A stretch of 64,000 nucleotides of DNA from an uncultured Acidobacteriota bacterium (GCA_963764715.1 CAVXTP010000006.1:416001-480000); one strand, 5' to 3'; shown: positions 1 through 12,070, counted from the first letter of the stretch. A program made the numbers and translations. The notes: a model not told the origin generated them from the letters alone.

Positions 1-1291
1 GGCGCGGGTGGCACACGCCCTGGGCCTGGAGCTCGGCTCGGGCGAGGCGAAGCGCCTCTCGGAGAAACCCACGCAGAACCTCGCCGCCTACGATGCATTC
101 CTCAAGGGCGAGGGCCAGTTCAACATCGGCCTCCAAGCGTCCAATATGCGGCAGGCGCTCGGCTATTACGAGCAGGCCGTCGCTCTGGACCCGGGCTTCG
201 CCCTGGCGTGGGCGAGGGTCGCGCGGACGGGAGCGTTCCTCTATTCCTGGGCGAGAACGCCCGAGCTCGCGCAACGAACCCGCGAGGCGGCGGAAAAGGC
301 CATCGCGCTGGCTCCGAACCTGCCGGAGGGACACAGCGCGCTCGGCTCCTACCAGGGGCTCGTCCTCGGCGACATCCGCCAGGCGCTGGAGCAGCACAAC
401 AAGGCCCGGAGCATGGCGCCCGGAAACGCCGACGCTCTCTTCGCCACCGGGGCCGCCGAGTACGGCCTGGGCCTCTTCGAGGCGTCCATCGGCCACCTTC
501 GCGAAGCCGAGCGGCTCGATCCCCAAAGCGTGCTCGTCAAGGAACGGCTGGCAGCCTCGCTCGTGGCGCTGCGGCGATATTCCGAGGCGCGCGACATCTA
601 CGGACGCGGACTCACCGTCTCGCCCAGGAACCTCCGAATGCTGCTCGGCAAGATCAGCACGTACGTCGAGGAGGGAGACCTGGCCGGCGCGCGCGAGGCA
701 ATCCGAAGGGCTCCGCCGCAGCTCGAGCCCACGTCGATCGTCGCCGCCGTCGCCGTGTCCGGAGACATGGTCTGGATCCTCGAGAAAGACCAGCGCCAGC
801 TCCTCGAACGGCTGACGCCGAGCGCCTTCGACGACGACCGTGCGGTTTGGGCGCTCACCCTCATGCAGGCCTACGCGCTCGACGGGAACGCCGAGGCCAC
901 GCGGGCCCACGCGGAGGAAGCCCGAAAGGCGCTCGAGGAGCAGATCGCCACGAGGCTCTCCGAACCACTCCGCCACGTCAGTCTGGGTCTCGCGCTCGCG
1001 CATCTCGGCCGGAAAGAGGAGGCCGTCCGGGAAGGACAGCGCGCCTCGGATCTCGTCTCGGGAGCGGGCACGATCATGGAAGCGTACGTCCGCCATCTGC
1101 GCGCCCGGATCTATCTCCTCGCGGGCGAGCCGGAGAAGGCGCTCGACCAGCTCCAGCCGCTGTCCGCGAACCAGTTCGTCGTCTCCCCCGGGCGCCTGAA
1201 GATCGATCCCGACTTCGATTCTCTGCGCGGCAATCCGCGCTTTCAGAAGCTCGTCGCGTTAAAGCCCGCGCCGGTGGGGACGGGAACCTAG
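1..1291 (+). CDS. TPR-repeat protein, 5'-truncated; C-terminal part typical of Ser/Thr kinase-TolB_N-TPR proteins
   Basis: ORF 8-1291 open at the window edge; PTQNLAAYDAFLKG, AVALDPGFALAWA and terminal DPDFDSLRGNPRFQKL motifs. Confidence 0.75.
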   Translation, partial: ARVAHALGLELGSGEAKRLSEKPTQNLAAYDAFLKGEGQFNIGLQASNMRQALGYYEQAVALDPGFALAWARVARTGAFLYSWARTPELAQRTREAAEKAIALAPNLPEGHSALGSYQGLVLGDIRQALEQHNKARSMAPGNADALFATGAAEYGLGLFEASIGHLREAERLDPQSVLVKERLAASLVALRRYSEARDIYGRGLTVSPRNLRMLLGKISTYVEEGDLAGAREAIRRAPPQLEPTSIVAAVAVSGDMVWILEKDQRQLLERLTPSAFDDDRAVWALTLMQAYALDGNAEATRAHAEEARKALEEQIATRLSEPLRHVSLGLALAHLGRKEEAVREGQRASDLVSGAGTIMEAYVRHLRARIYLLAGEPEKALDQLQPLSANQFVVSPGRLKIDPDFDSLRGNPRFQKLVALKPAPVGTGT

Positions 1292-4200
1292 AGACCGAAC
1301 GTCTTGACGAGGAACACCGCCATCTGCCCGCGGGTGTTCGGGTTCCCGGGACAGTAATCGCCGCCTCCGCAGCCCCCGGTGATCTTCTCGGCCGCGAGCT
1401 GCTCGATCCAGTTCGCGAAGAGGCTCGGACAGGCGACATCGCCGAAGACTCCGGTGCACTCGGGAGGCTGGTACGCCGCGCCGTGCCTGGCCTTCAGCAG
1501 GAAGACCGCCATCTGAGCGCGCGTGACCGGGCTCGCCGGACAGTAGTCGCCGCCACCGCATCCGGCCGTGATGCCCTCGGCCGCGAGCTGTTCGATCCAG
1601 TCGGCGAAGAGGCTCGGACAGGGAACGTCTCCGAACACACCTGAACACGGTGGCGGAACGTAGGTCGATCCATGCTCCGACTTCAGGAGAAAGACCGCCA
1701 TCTGCGCGCGCGTAACGGAGGCCTCGGCGCAGTAGCTGCCCCCACCGCATCCGGCCGTGATGCCCCGCCGGAAGATCTCTTCGACGAAGTCGTGGAAAGG
1801 GTCGAGCTGCGGAACATCGAGGAAGTCAGCGAAGTAGGCATCAGGACGTGTCGCCGTCGCGGCACTGAGACCCGGGTTCGTAACCGCTACGTCGTTCAGG
1901 GTGCCGGGTGACAGCGAGGGCGTAAGGAGATAGATGAACGTCGGATCCATAACTATCGGATCCGTTCCGACGGTTCCTCCAACGGCCACCGTCGCGTCCG
2001 ATCCGAAGCCGCCTCCGACGATGTCGATCGCTGCGCCGCCGGAGGCAGGCCCGGAGGTCGGCGTCACTTCATTGACCGCCAGGCCTGCATCGGTCAGCCG
2101 GAAGATCACACCGTCTCCGAAAGGGCCGCCTCCCGCCGTTCCGTACAGAAAACCGTCGTGCGCCTGGATGAGCGCGCGATCGGATGCATTCCGTCGACGC
2201 CGTTGAAGGTGTGAAGAAGGTGGAAGTCGCCCGAGGAATCCAGCCGAAAGCAATCGTACCCCGCGACGTGCTCCCCACCATCGCTCCGTCGTCCCGTATA
2301 GGGCATAGCCGTCTGGAAGGTGGACTCCGAGCAGAGGAGCGGAAGCGCTTTGGCCGTCGGTGCCGTCGAAGCTGTGCAGCGTTTCGAGGTCGTCGCTATC
2401 GACTGGGATCTTGAAGATCGTCCCAAACCCCTCGCTGCCGCCGTACTGCGTCGTGCCGAACAAGATTCCATCCAGGTTGAGGAGGCCTGCCGCGGGACGA
2501 CCGCCGTCAATCTCATCGCCGGGGAAGCTGTATTGCCGCACGATTCCGTCCTCGACGCTCATGCTGAAGACGATCCCCCAACCGGCGTTACCGCCATCGG
2601 AGGTCGTGCCATAGAACTTGCCGTTGACTTCGACGAGATCGCCGTTCGGGTCGGCTCCATTGACCCACGGATCGAAAGGCCACAGCGTGGCGAAATTCCC
2701 CGACGCGTCGATTCGCAATGTACTGTTAGCCATAGGTATAATTTATAAGGGATGGAATGCTCCACGCGCCGTTCAGGCCATAACTGGTCGTGCCGTAGAA
2801 CCAACCGTCGGACGCCTGGATGAGTCCTGAAAGAGTCCAGCCTTCCGTCGCGCTCATGACATGTAGCGTCGTCACACTTGCGTCATCTTCCATCCGAAAG
2901 ATCGTTCCGTATCGGGTGTCACCGACGCCGCTCGTCGTTCCATAGAAGTGCCCGTCCGCGGCCTGCATGAGCGATGGGCTCGTGCCGTCTGCCCCGTTGA
3001 AGCTATGAATCAGACGCACGCCTAAGACATTCGATCAGCCAAAATCAATACGTACGCATTAAGCCGTCGAGTTCGCTCCCCGCTCCCGTCCGGGTCCCGT
3101 CGAAATCGAAGCCGAAAATCGTGCCAAAGTCGTTCGTCCCTCCAAACGCCGTGGTTCCATAGAGGTGACCGTCCGTAGATTGGATAAGCGAACCTGGCAG
3201 CACACCATTCGTCCACGTGAGCTCGTGGAGAGTGGTGACATCGCCAGAGAGGCTCATTTTGAAGACGGCTCCCGCGATGTACGTATAGTCGGCGCCGATC
3301 CGGTCGGCGTCGGTCGTACCGAACAGGTTGCCGTCGGACGCCTCGACGAGGGCGCTCCGAGGGTGAGCGCCGTCGCTTCCCGTGAAGCTGTGCACCGTGG
3401 TCAGGTCTCCAGAGGTCTCGACTTTGAAAACAGTGCCCCAACCGCCCGACCAAGTGTCTCCGCGTGAGGTCGTGCCGTAAAGGCCGCCGTCTGAGGCCTG
3501 GATGAGGGCGGCTTCGGGGTACGCGCCGTCTGCGAGGTTGAAGCTGTGGAGGGAGCTGAATCCTCCTGAGGGATCCACCCGAAACACCGTTCCCAGCTGG
3601 CTGGTCCCGCCCCCAACGGTCGTGCCGTAGAAATTGCCATCGGCGGCCTCCACGAGGGCAGCGACCGGACGGGCTCCGTCCCCGAACTTGAAGCTGTGGA
3701 GCGTGACGACGTGGCTTGCGGAATCCATGGAGAAGACCGAGCCCTCGTCGTACGACCCGCCCCAACTCGTGGTGCCGTAGATCAGGCCGTCAGTGGCCTG
3801 GATGAGTTCGCCCGCAGGCCGCGCGCCGTTCACATACCGATTGAAGTGGTGGAGCGTCGTGAGATCTCCGGAGGTGTCGATCTGGAAGATCGTTCCCACC
3901 TCGTGTGCTCCGCCAGAATTGGTCGTGCCGTAGAACATGCCGTCGGAGGCCTGCATGAGACCGGCGTACGGGTTCTCGCCGTCCGTGCCTGTGAAGCTGT
4001 GGAGCCTGGTGACGTTTCCGAGGAAGTCCATCTTGAAGACCACGCCCAGGTTGTTCGTCCCACCCTTGGATGTCGTCCCATACAAGGTGCCATCGGACCC
4101 TTGGACTAGCCCGGCAATGGGGTTGGCCCCATCGGCGTAGCCGAAGCTATGGACGGAAATCAGGTTCCCCTGGGAATCGACCCTAAAGATCGTGCCGACT

Positions 4201-4460
4201 CCGTTCTTCCCGCCCCCGCACGTCGTGCCGTAGAAGTACCCGTCGTCAGCGTGAATTAGGCTGCTGTTCTGCTTCTCTCCAAGCGGACACGAGTTTCCTG
4301 GGTTTCGAAAGGCGTAGACCAGCTCGTACGTCTCCTGCCCGCGCAACACGGGTGCGACGACTGAGATCGCCAGCGCGATCAAGACAACAGCCCACCCTGT
4401 GAACCCCTTCGCGAGTCCAGGTTCCCGATGAATTGTTCCCATAATGGCCCACCACCGCAT
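1288..4460 (-). CDS. Secreted tandem-repeat (GLYGTT/'GloVer'-type) beta-propeller protein with IPT/TIG and C-terminal SLH domains; split into 3045-4460, 2726-3019 and 1288-2733 plus internal shifts
   Basis: Signal peptide; repeated 'LHSF.G.DG..P...L.Q.SDG.LYGTT..GG....GTVF' units; 'VTPTSGPASGG' IPT motif; three 'F.DV...GITAGCGGG.YC...TRAQMAVFL' SLH repeats. Confidence 0.8.
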
Positions 4461-4576
4461 CGATCCTTACGCCGCACGGCGGGCGGCGTCGTGATGCAAA
4501 CGGATCTTTGTCGAGACTTCGAACGGTCTCAACATCGACTGCTGCGCCTCCGAGGGCGCGGCCGACGTCCGGCCGG

Positions 4577-4939
4577 CTACTTCCCGAGAAGCTTGTTCAG
4601 CTCCTTACGCATGTCATCCACGCTGACGTCGTGGTCCGGCTGTTTCCAGAGGACCTTGCCGTCGGCCGAGCGGATCACCATTCCGTGGTTCTCGAACCCG
4701 AGGGAGCGGACGATCTTCTTGTTCTCTTCGGTGGTGGCGTCGAGGTTCTGTCCGCGGACCCGTCCCTTGTACTCCTGCTCCAACCCGCTCACGGCGGGCT
4801 TGATCCTGGCGCAGATCGGTCAGCCGGGAAGGAAGTAGAAGGTCACCTGCAGGGGCGCCGTCGTCTCCGGCAGACCCGGGGCCCACGCGGCCACGAGAGC
4901 GAAGAGGGCGGCGAAGAAAAACGAGCGTCGAGTCGTCAT
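4577..4939 (-). CDS. Exported thioredoxin-fold protein with UxxC motif, probable selenoprotein (in-frame TGA at 4820-4822, residue 40)
   Basis: AGGAG 7 nt before ATG 4939; MTTRRSFFFAALFALVAAWAPG signal; VTFYFLPG-(TGA)-PICARIKPAVSGLEQEYKGRV reads in frame into ORF 4577-4792. Confidence 0.8.
4775..4814 (-). promoter_or_regulatory. Candidate bacterial SECIS hairpin
   Basis: Stem AAGCCCGC/GCGGGTT, loop CGTGA (G at loop position 2) starting 26 nt after the UGA; possible lower stem CTGC/GCAG; folded by eye only. Confidence 0.6.
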
Positions 4940-4978
4940 GCTCAATCTCCTGATTCGGCGGCTGTCCGTGGGTAAAGC

Positions 4979-5875
4979 CTACAGCACGCCGGCGTGCGAA
5001 AGGAACGCCGCGAGGATCCCGGCGGAAACGCCCAGGCAGACGACCCCGCCGATCGCGTAGCGCACGGTGCGGGCGCGAAGCTGGCGCAGGATCGAGTCCG
5101 GATCGCCCTTCATGATCCGCGTGACGTTCGCCCAGTTCGGGTGCGGGACGATGCCGCCGCGGGACTCGGAGTACAGGCCGACCGCGTAGACCCGATCGGC
5201 CTTCCGGATCAGGTCCTCGTGATACTTGCATTCCTCGAGCGGCACTTCGCCTTCCGTGGGATGCCGCTTCTCGCTGCGATAGGCGCCGTCGTCGTCGGTC
5301 CACTGCTTCGCGAGCGTCTTTCGCGCCGCGTCCGGCGTCTCGAAGGACGCCGTCTTCACGTGCTCGGACCAGTGGAAGAGGGCCCGCTTCGCTTCGATGT
5401 CTTCCCTTCCGAAGTCGAACTCGGGGACCGCGAGCAGGCGAAAGCTCCCCGCGGGGGTCGAGATCGTGGACGGCACCAGCGCCACGCCCTCGAAGTACAC
5501 CGCCCGCGTCCGGCGCCGGCCCTGGCCGACGTACAGATAGATCTCGTAGCGGTACGCGAGGCACTCGGTGCCGGTGAGAGGAGAGCGCAGGAGATCGCCG
5601 GCCGCCTCGATCGTTCCGGCGATGCCGGTCCACGTCCCGTCGACCGGCCGCCGCCCGGCGAGACAGCCGGCGAGCGCCGCGCGCTCGCGGACCGGTTTCC
5701 GGATGCTGACCAGGAATCCCAGGCCGATCCAGCCGAAGACCGCGGCGAAGAGCGCCGCGCCGAAGACCTTGCCCGGAGCGAGGCCATGCCGAAGCTGGAG
5801 GAACGCCAGCACTCCACCCAGGATCGCGAGAAATCCCGCGAGCTGGAGAACCAGGCTCCGCGCACACCCCTTCAT
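4979..5875 (-). CDS. Membrane protein, GIDE-domain-like
   Basis: Two N-terminal and one C-terminal TM segments; 'LRSPLTGTECLAYRYEI...EDLIRKADRVYAVG' resembles the GIDE pattern. Confidence 0.55.
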   Translation of the reverse strand: MKGCARSLVLQLAGFLAILGGVLAFLQLRHGLAPGKVFGAALFAAVFGWIGLGFLVSIRKPVRERAALAGCLAGRRPVDGTWTGIAGTIEAAGDLLRSPLTGTECLAYRYEIYLYVGQGRRRTRAVYFEGVALVPSTISTPAGSFRLLAVPEFDFGREDIEAKRALFHWSEHVKTASFETPDAARKTLAKQWTDDDGAYRSEKRHPTEGEVPLEECKYHEDLIRKADRVYAVGLYSESRGGIVPHPNWANVTRIMKGDPDSILRQLRARTVRYAIGGVVCLGVSAGILAAFLSHAGVL

Positions 5876-5918
5876 CCTGTCGGCCTTTCGTTGAGCGGAG
5901 TATAGAGTCTCGCCACTC

Positions 5919-7313
5919 GTGCCCCACCGCTCGTTCTGGCTCGAAGAAGTCGCGGGCGACGCGCCGGACGCGGCAGCGCTCGAGGGAGACGCCCGCGCGG
6001 ACGTCGCGATCCTCGGCGGCGGTTACGTCGGGCTCTGGACCGCGCTCCAGATCAAGCGGCAGGAACCGTCGCGCGACGTCGCCGTGCTCGAGCAGGACAT
6101 CTGCGGGGGCGGCGCCTCCGGCCGCAACGGCGGCTTCGTCCTGTCGTGGTGGTCGAAGCTGTCGTCTCTCGTCTTGCTCTGCGGCGCGGCCGATGCGCTT
6201 CGCGTGGCGCGCGGGTCGGAGGCGGCGATCGGAGAAATCCGGGACTTTTGTGAGACCCATTCGATCGACGCGCACTTCCGGCAGCGCGGCTGGCTCTGGA
6301 CCGCGACGTCGACGGCCCAGCTCGGCGCCTGGGACGGCGTCCTCTCCGCGGCGGAGAAGCTGGGCGTCGAGCCCTTTCGGCGGCTGCGGACCGAGGAGGT
6401 CGCGCGGCGTTCCGGGTCCGCGGCCCACCGGGCCGGCGTGTTCGACCCGGGCGCCGCCACCGTGCAGCCGGCGGCGCTGGTCCGCGGCTTGAGGAAAGCG
6501 GCTCTCGGGGCCGGCGTTCGGATCTACGAGAAAACGCGCGTGCGCTCGTTCTCCCGCGCCCGGCCCGTCGTGATCCGCGCCGCGAATGGCCGTCTCACGG
6601 CGGAGAAGCTCGTCATCGCCGCCAACGCGTGGGCCGCCGGGATCCCGGAGCTCGCGCGCGCGATCGTCGCGATCACGAGCGACATGGTGATGACCGCCCC
6701 CTCGCCCGACAGGCTCGCGGCGATCGGCTGGACCGGCGGCGAGTGCATCACCGACTCCCAGATGATGGTCGACTACTACCACGCGACGCGCGAGGGGCGC
6801 GTCGCCTTCGGCAAGGGCGGCTGGGGGATCGCCTGCGGCGGCCGGATCGGCCCGGACTTCGACCGCAACGCGCGCCGCGCGCGGACCGTCGTCGCGGACC
6901 TGCGCCGTTACTACCCTGCCCTGCGCGACGTGCCGATCACGCACGACTGGTCCGGCCCGATCGACCGCACACCCAACAGCCTCCCGCTCCTCGGACGGCT
7001 CGGCGGCCGGCCGCACATCCTCTATGGCGTCGGCTGGAGCGGAAACGGCGTCGGGCCGAGCGTCGTCGGCGGGAAGATCCTCGCGAGCCTCGCACTGGAC
7101 AGGGACGACGACTGGAGCCGCCATCCCCTGGTGGAACGCTCCGCCGGCCGCTTCCCGCCCGAGCCGATCCGCTGGATCGGGGCGCACGTCGTGCGCGGCG
7201 CCGTCGCCCGCAAGGAGCGGGCCGAGATCGCGGACCGGAGGCCGTCGCGCTTCGACGTCGCCCTGTCCCGCCTCGCGCCCGCGGGCCTCGAGGACAAGAC
7301 CGCGCATGACTGA
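5919..7313 (+). CDS. FAD-dependent oxidoreductase, DadA/PuuB family
   Basis: GGGYVG dinucleotide motif, GASGRNGG, GWSGNGV. Confidence 0.85.
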   Translation: MPHRSFWLEEVAGDAPDAAALEGDARADVAILGGGYVGLWTALQIKRQEPSRDVAVLEQDICGGGASGRNGGFVLSWWSKLSSLVLLCGAADALRVARGSEAAIGEIRDFCETHSIDAHFRQRGWLWTATSTAQLGAWDGVLSAAEKLGVEPFRRLRTEEVARRSGSAAHRAGVFDPGAATVQPAALVRGLRKAALGAGVRIYEKTRVRSFSRARPVVIRAANGRLTAEKLVIAANAWAAGIPELARAIVAITSDMVMTAPSPDRLAAIGWTGGECITDSQMMVDYYHATREGRVAFGKGGWGIACGGRIGPDFDRNARRARTVVADLRRYYPALRDVPITHDWSGPIDRTPNSLPLLGRLGGRPHILYGVGWSGNGVGPSVVGGKILASLALDRDDDWSRHPLVERSAGRFPPEPIRWIGAHVVRGAVARKERAEIADRRPSRFDVALSRLAPAGLEDKTAHD

Positions 7314-8466
7314 AACCGTCGTCCCGCCGTCGGCGGTCGCCGAGCTCTCCCGCCTCGCAGGCTCGCCGGCGCGCGGCGGCGGGGAGGTCCGGCTGCTCCG
7401 GGACGGAAAGGAGGCTTTCCCGGCGATGCTCGAGGCGATCGCCTCGGCGCGCACGCGCGTCATCTTCGAGAACTTCATCTTCGCCGGTGACGCCACGGGA
7501 CGTCGGTTCGCCGAGGCGCTGGCCCAGGCGGCGCGGCGCGGCGTCGACGTGCGCGTGCTCTACGACCCGATCGGAACGATGATGGTCCACGGCGGGTCGA
7601 TCGCGGCGGTGCTCAAGAAGGAGGGCGTGTCGGCGCGTCCGTTCCGACCCCTCTCCCTCTACTCGCCCTGGAGCTGGCTCCGGATGCGCCACCGCGACCA
7701 CCGCAAGAGCCTCGTCGTCGACGGCGGCACGGCGGTCGTCGGCGGCCTCTGCATCAGCGACAACTGGGCGCCGTCGGAAAAGGGCGGCCGCGGCTGGCGC
7801 GACACCGCCCTGCTCGTCCGGGGGGACATCGCCGGAGACGTCGAGCGGGCCTTCGACGCGATGTGGCAGCGCGCGGTGGGCGGCGCGCCTCCGGAGGACC
7901 GGACGCCGGGGGCCGGCGATGCTCCGGCGGTCGCCATCCTCGCCGAAGACCTCCCGTCGACCGAGCGCGTCGCGGCGATCTACGAGTGGCTCGCGAAGAC
8001 GGCCCGGTCGACGCTCGAGATCACCGACGCCTACATGGTCGCTCCTCCGGGTGTGCTCGAAGCGTTCGCCGGCGCGGCCCGGCGCGGCGTCGCGGTCTCG
8101 ATCCTGCTGCCGGGGCGCAACAACCACCCGCTCGCTGGCGCCGCGGCCCGGCGCGTCTACCAGGGGCTTCTCGACGCCGGCGTCCGGATCTACGAGTGGT
8201 CCGGCGTCATGATCCACGCCAAGACCGCCGTCGCCGACGGCGAGATCGCGCTCGTCGGCTCGAGCAACCTCGATCCCCTGTCGATGCGCCGCAACTACGA
8301 GCTGAACGTCCTCGTCATCGATCCCGCCACGGGCGCCGCCATGCGCGCGATGTTCGCCCGGGACCTCGAAGAGGCCTGCCGCGTCGAGCCCGCCGGCTGG
8401 GGCCTGCGGCCGCGCTGGCAGAAGGTGGCCGAGCGGGCGGCGGGACTCTTCGGCGGGGACCTGTAG
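7306..8466 (+). CDS. Cardiolipin synthase-like phospholipase D (ClsB type)
   Basis: Two HKD motifs (HRKSLVVD, HAKTAVAD), GSSNLD; ATG 7306 overlaps the upstream gene end. Confidence 0.85.
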   Translation: MTETVVPPSAVAELSRLAGSPARGGGEVRLLRDGKEAFPAMLEAIASARTRVIFENFIFAGDATGRRFAEALAQAARRGVDVRVLYDPIGTMMVHGGSIAAVLKKEGVSARPFRPLSLYSPWSWLRMRHRDHRKSLVVDGGTAVVGGLCISDNWAPSEKGGRGWRDTALLVRGDIAGDVERAFDAMWQRAVGGAPPEDRTPGAGDAPAVAILAEDLPSTERVAAIYEWLAKTARSTLEITDAYMVAPPGVLEAFAGAARRGVAVSILLPGRNNHPLAGAAARRVYQGLLDAGVRIYEWSGVMIHAKTAVADGEIALVGSSNLDPLSMRRNYELNVLVIDPATGAAMRAMFARDLEEACRVEPAGWGLRPRWQKVAERAAGLFGGDL

Positions 8467-8527
8467 CCGGATCCAACGGTCTCGACAACCGTAGCGGCTC
8501 GATCGCGGCGGGCGCTACCATGGAGCG

Positions 8528-9568
8528 GTGCACCGACCGTCGATCTCCCTGCGGGCCGCGGTCTCTTCGGGCCTGATTCCGCCGGAGTCGTCTCTCCTCC
8601 TCGCCGTTTCCGGAGGAGCCGACTCGATGGCCCTGCTCCACGCCGCGGCGGAGGTCGCGGTCGAGGCCGGCTGGTCCCTCTCCGTCGGCCACGTGCACCA
8701 CGGCTGGAGAGGACGGGAGGCGGACCGCGACCTGCAATTCGCCGAGGACCAGGCCCGGCGGCTCGGAGTCCCCTTTCTCTCGCGCCGGCGCGATGCGCGG
8801 GCCGTGTCGCGGGAGCTTCGCCTCTCGCCCGAGGCGGGCGCGCGGCACGTCCGTTACGAGGCGCTCCGCGAGATGGCGGCCGAGGGGGGCGCCGGACTCG
8901 TCGCCACGGCCCACCAGGAAGACGACCTGATCGAGTCGCACCTCCTGGCGAAGGAGCGCCGGGGAGGGCTCGCGCTCCTCGCGGGGCCCCGGGCGTTGCG
9001 CGAGGACGGGATCGTGCGACCGTTCCTTTCGGTTCCCCGCGCGGAGATCCTGCGGTATCTCGGCGAGCACGGAGTGGCCTACCGCCGCGACGCGTCCAAC
9101 GGCGACCTGCGGCTCGCGCGAAATCGCGTCCGGCGCGCAATCGCGGATCTCGCGGCCGACGAGCGTGCGCGGCTGCTCGAGGAGATCACCGGCCTCCGCC
9201 GCGAGCGCGAAAGGCTCGAGCGCGAGCTCGCGGAAACGGTCCTACCGCGGCTGTGCTTCGCCCCCGGCGCGGCGTTCGCGGAAGCCGCCTTCCTCGCGGG
9301 CCTCCCCGCCGAGCTCCTCCGGGTGGCCCTCGAGCGCCTCGCCCTCCCCTTCGCTCGACCCGGCCGGCCGCCGATGACCGGACGCGAACGGGAGCGGGTC
9401 ATGGAGCGTCTCGCCTCGGGCGCGGACTTCCGTTTCGAGGCCGGCCGCCGGATCCGATTCGAGCGACGGGACGCCCTCCTGCGCGTCCGGCCGGCGCCCC
9501 CCGGTCCGGGGGCGGCGGTGTACCATTCGCCGATCGACACCCCGACGGTTCCGGAGTCCGCCTCGTGA
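8528..9568 (+). CDS. tilS: tRNA(Ile)-lysidine synthetase
   Basis: PP-loop AVSGGADSMAL, HVHHGWR, TAHQEDD, RNRVR; upstream of hpt-ftsH. Confidence 0.9.
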   Translation: MHRPSISLRAAVSSGLIPPESSLLLAVSGGADSMALLHAAAEVAVEAGWSLSVGHVHHGWRGREADRDLQFAEDQARRLGVPFLSRRRDARAVSRELRLSPEAGARHVRYEALREMAAEGGAGLVATAHQEDDLIESHLLAKERRGGLALLAGPRALREDGIVRPFLSVPRAEILRYLGEHGVAYRRDASNGDLRLARNRVRRAIADLAADERARLLEEITGLRRERERLERELAETVLPRLCFAPGAAFAEAAFLAGLPAELLRVALERLALPFARPGRPPMTGRERERVMERLASGADFRFEAGRRIRFERRDALLRVRPAPPGPGAAVYHSPIDTPTVPESAS

Positions 9569-10080
9569 AGCTCGAGCGCCGCTACGACGCGCGGTTGATC
9601 GCAGAGCGCGTGGAGGCCGTCGCCGGGGCCGTCGACCGGGACGTCCGGGACCGGCCCCTGCTCGTCGTCTCGATCCTCAAGGGGTCGGCCTTCTTCATGG
9701 CCGACCTCGCGCGGCGGATCCGCGGCCCCTTCTCCTGCGAGTACCTCTACGTCCGCCGGAACGAGGGAGCCAACGACACGCTCGCGATCGATTTCACGAC
9801 GGGCTTTCAGGTCCGGGGCAAGCACGTCCTGCTTCTCAAGGACGTCGTCCACACGGGGGTCATCGAGACCTACCTGATGGACCACCTGCGCGGGGCCGGG
9901 GCGGGGTCGCTGCGCCTGGCGGCGATCATCGACAAGCCCCTCGACCGTAAGACCAATGTCTCCGTGGACTTTTCCCTGTTCTCCACCGAGGGGGAAGCCC
10001 TTTACGCGGGCTACGGCATGGAGCACGAGGGGCTACATGCCCACCTGCCCGACATTTACGCGGTGGTCTCGGAGGCATAA
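9565..10080 (+). CDS. hpt: Hypoxanthine phosphoribosyltransferase-like protein with atypical PRPP loop
   Basis: GTG 9565 overlaps the tilS stop; ILKGSAFFMADL, VLLLKDVVHTG, GYGME..LPDI; tilS-hpt-ftsH synteny. Confidence 0.75.
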   Translation: MKLERRYDARLIAERVEAVAGAVDRDVRDRPLLVVSILKGSAFFMADLARRIRGPFSCEYLYVRRNEGANDTLAIDFTTGFQVRGKHVLLLKDVVHTGVIETYLMDHLRGAGAGSLRLAAIIDKPLDRKTNVSVDFSLFSTEGEALYAGYGMEHEGLHAHLPDIYAVVSEA

Positions 10081-10137
10081 AAGCCGGTCGGAGTCCGTTA
10101 TGCTCAACCCGGGCTGTCCGCTCTCAAGGAGATTTCG

Positions 10138-12051
<1,914 letters not shown>

Positions 12052-12070
12052 ACGGGGGCGTAAGCTGGAC

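Noticed and set aside
1288-4460. Diversity-generating retroelement target
   Set aside because: No reverse transcriptase and no template/variable repeat pair with adenine-specific mismatches seen.
4461-4576. Hairpin GTCGAGAC...GTCTCAAC as a riboswitch
   Set aside because: No riboswitch consensus recognised; could be a terminator or operator.
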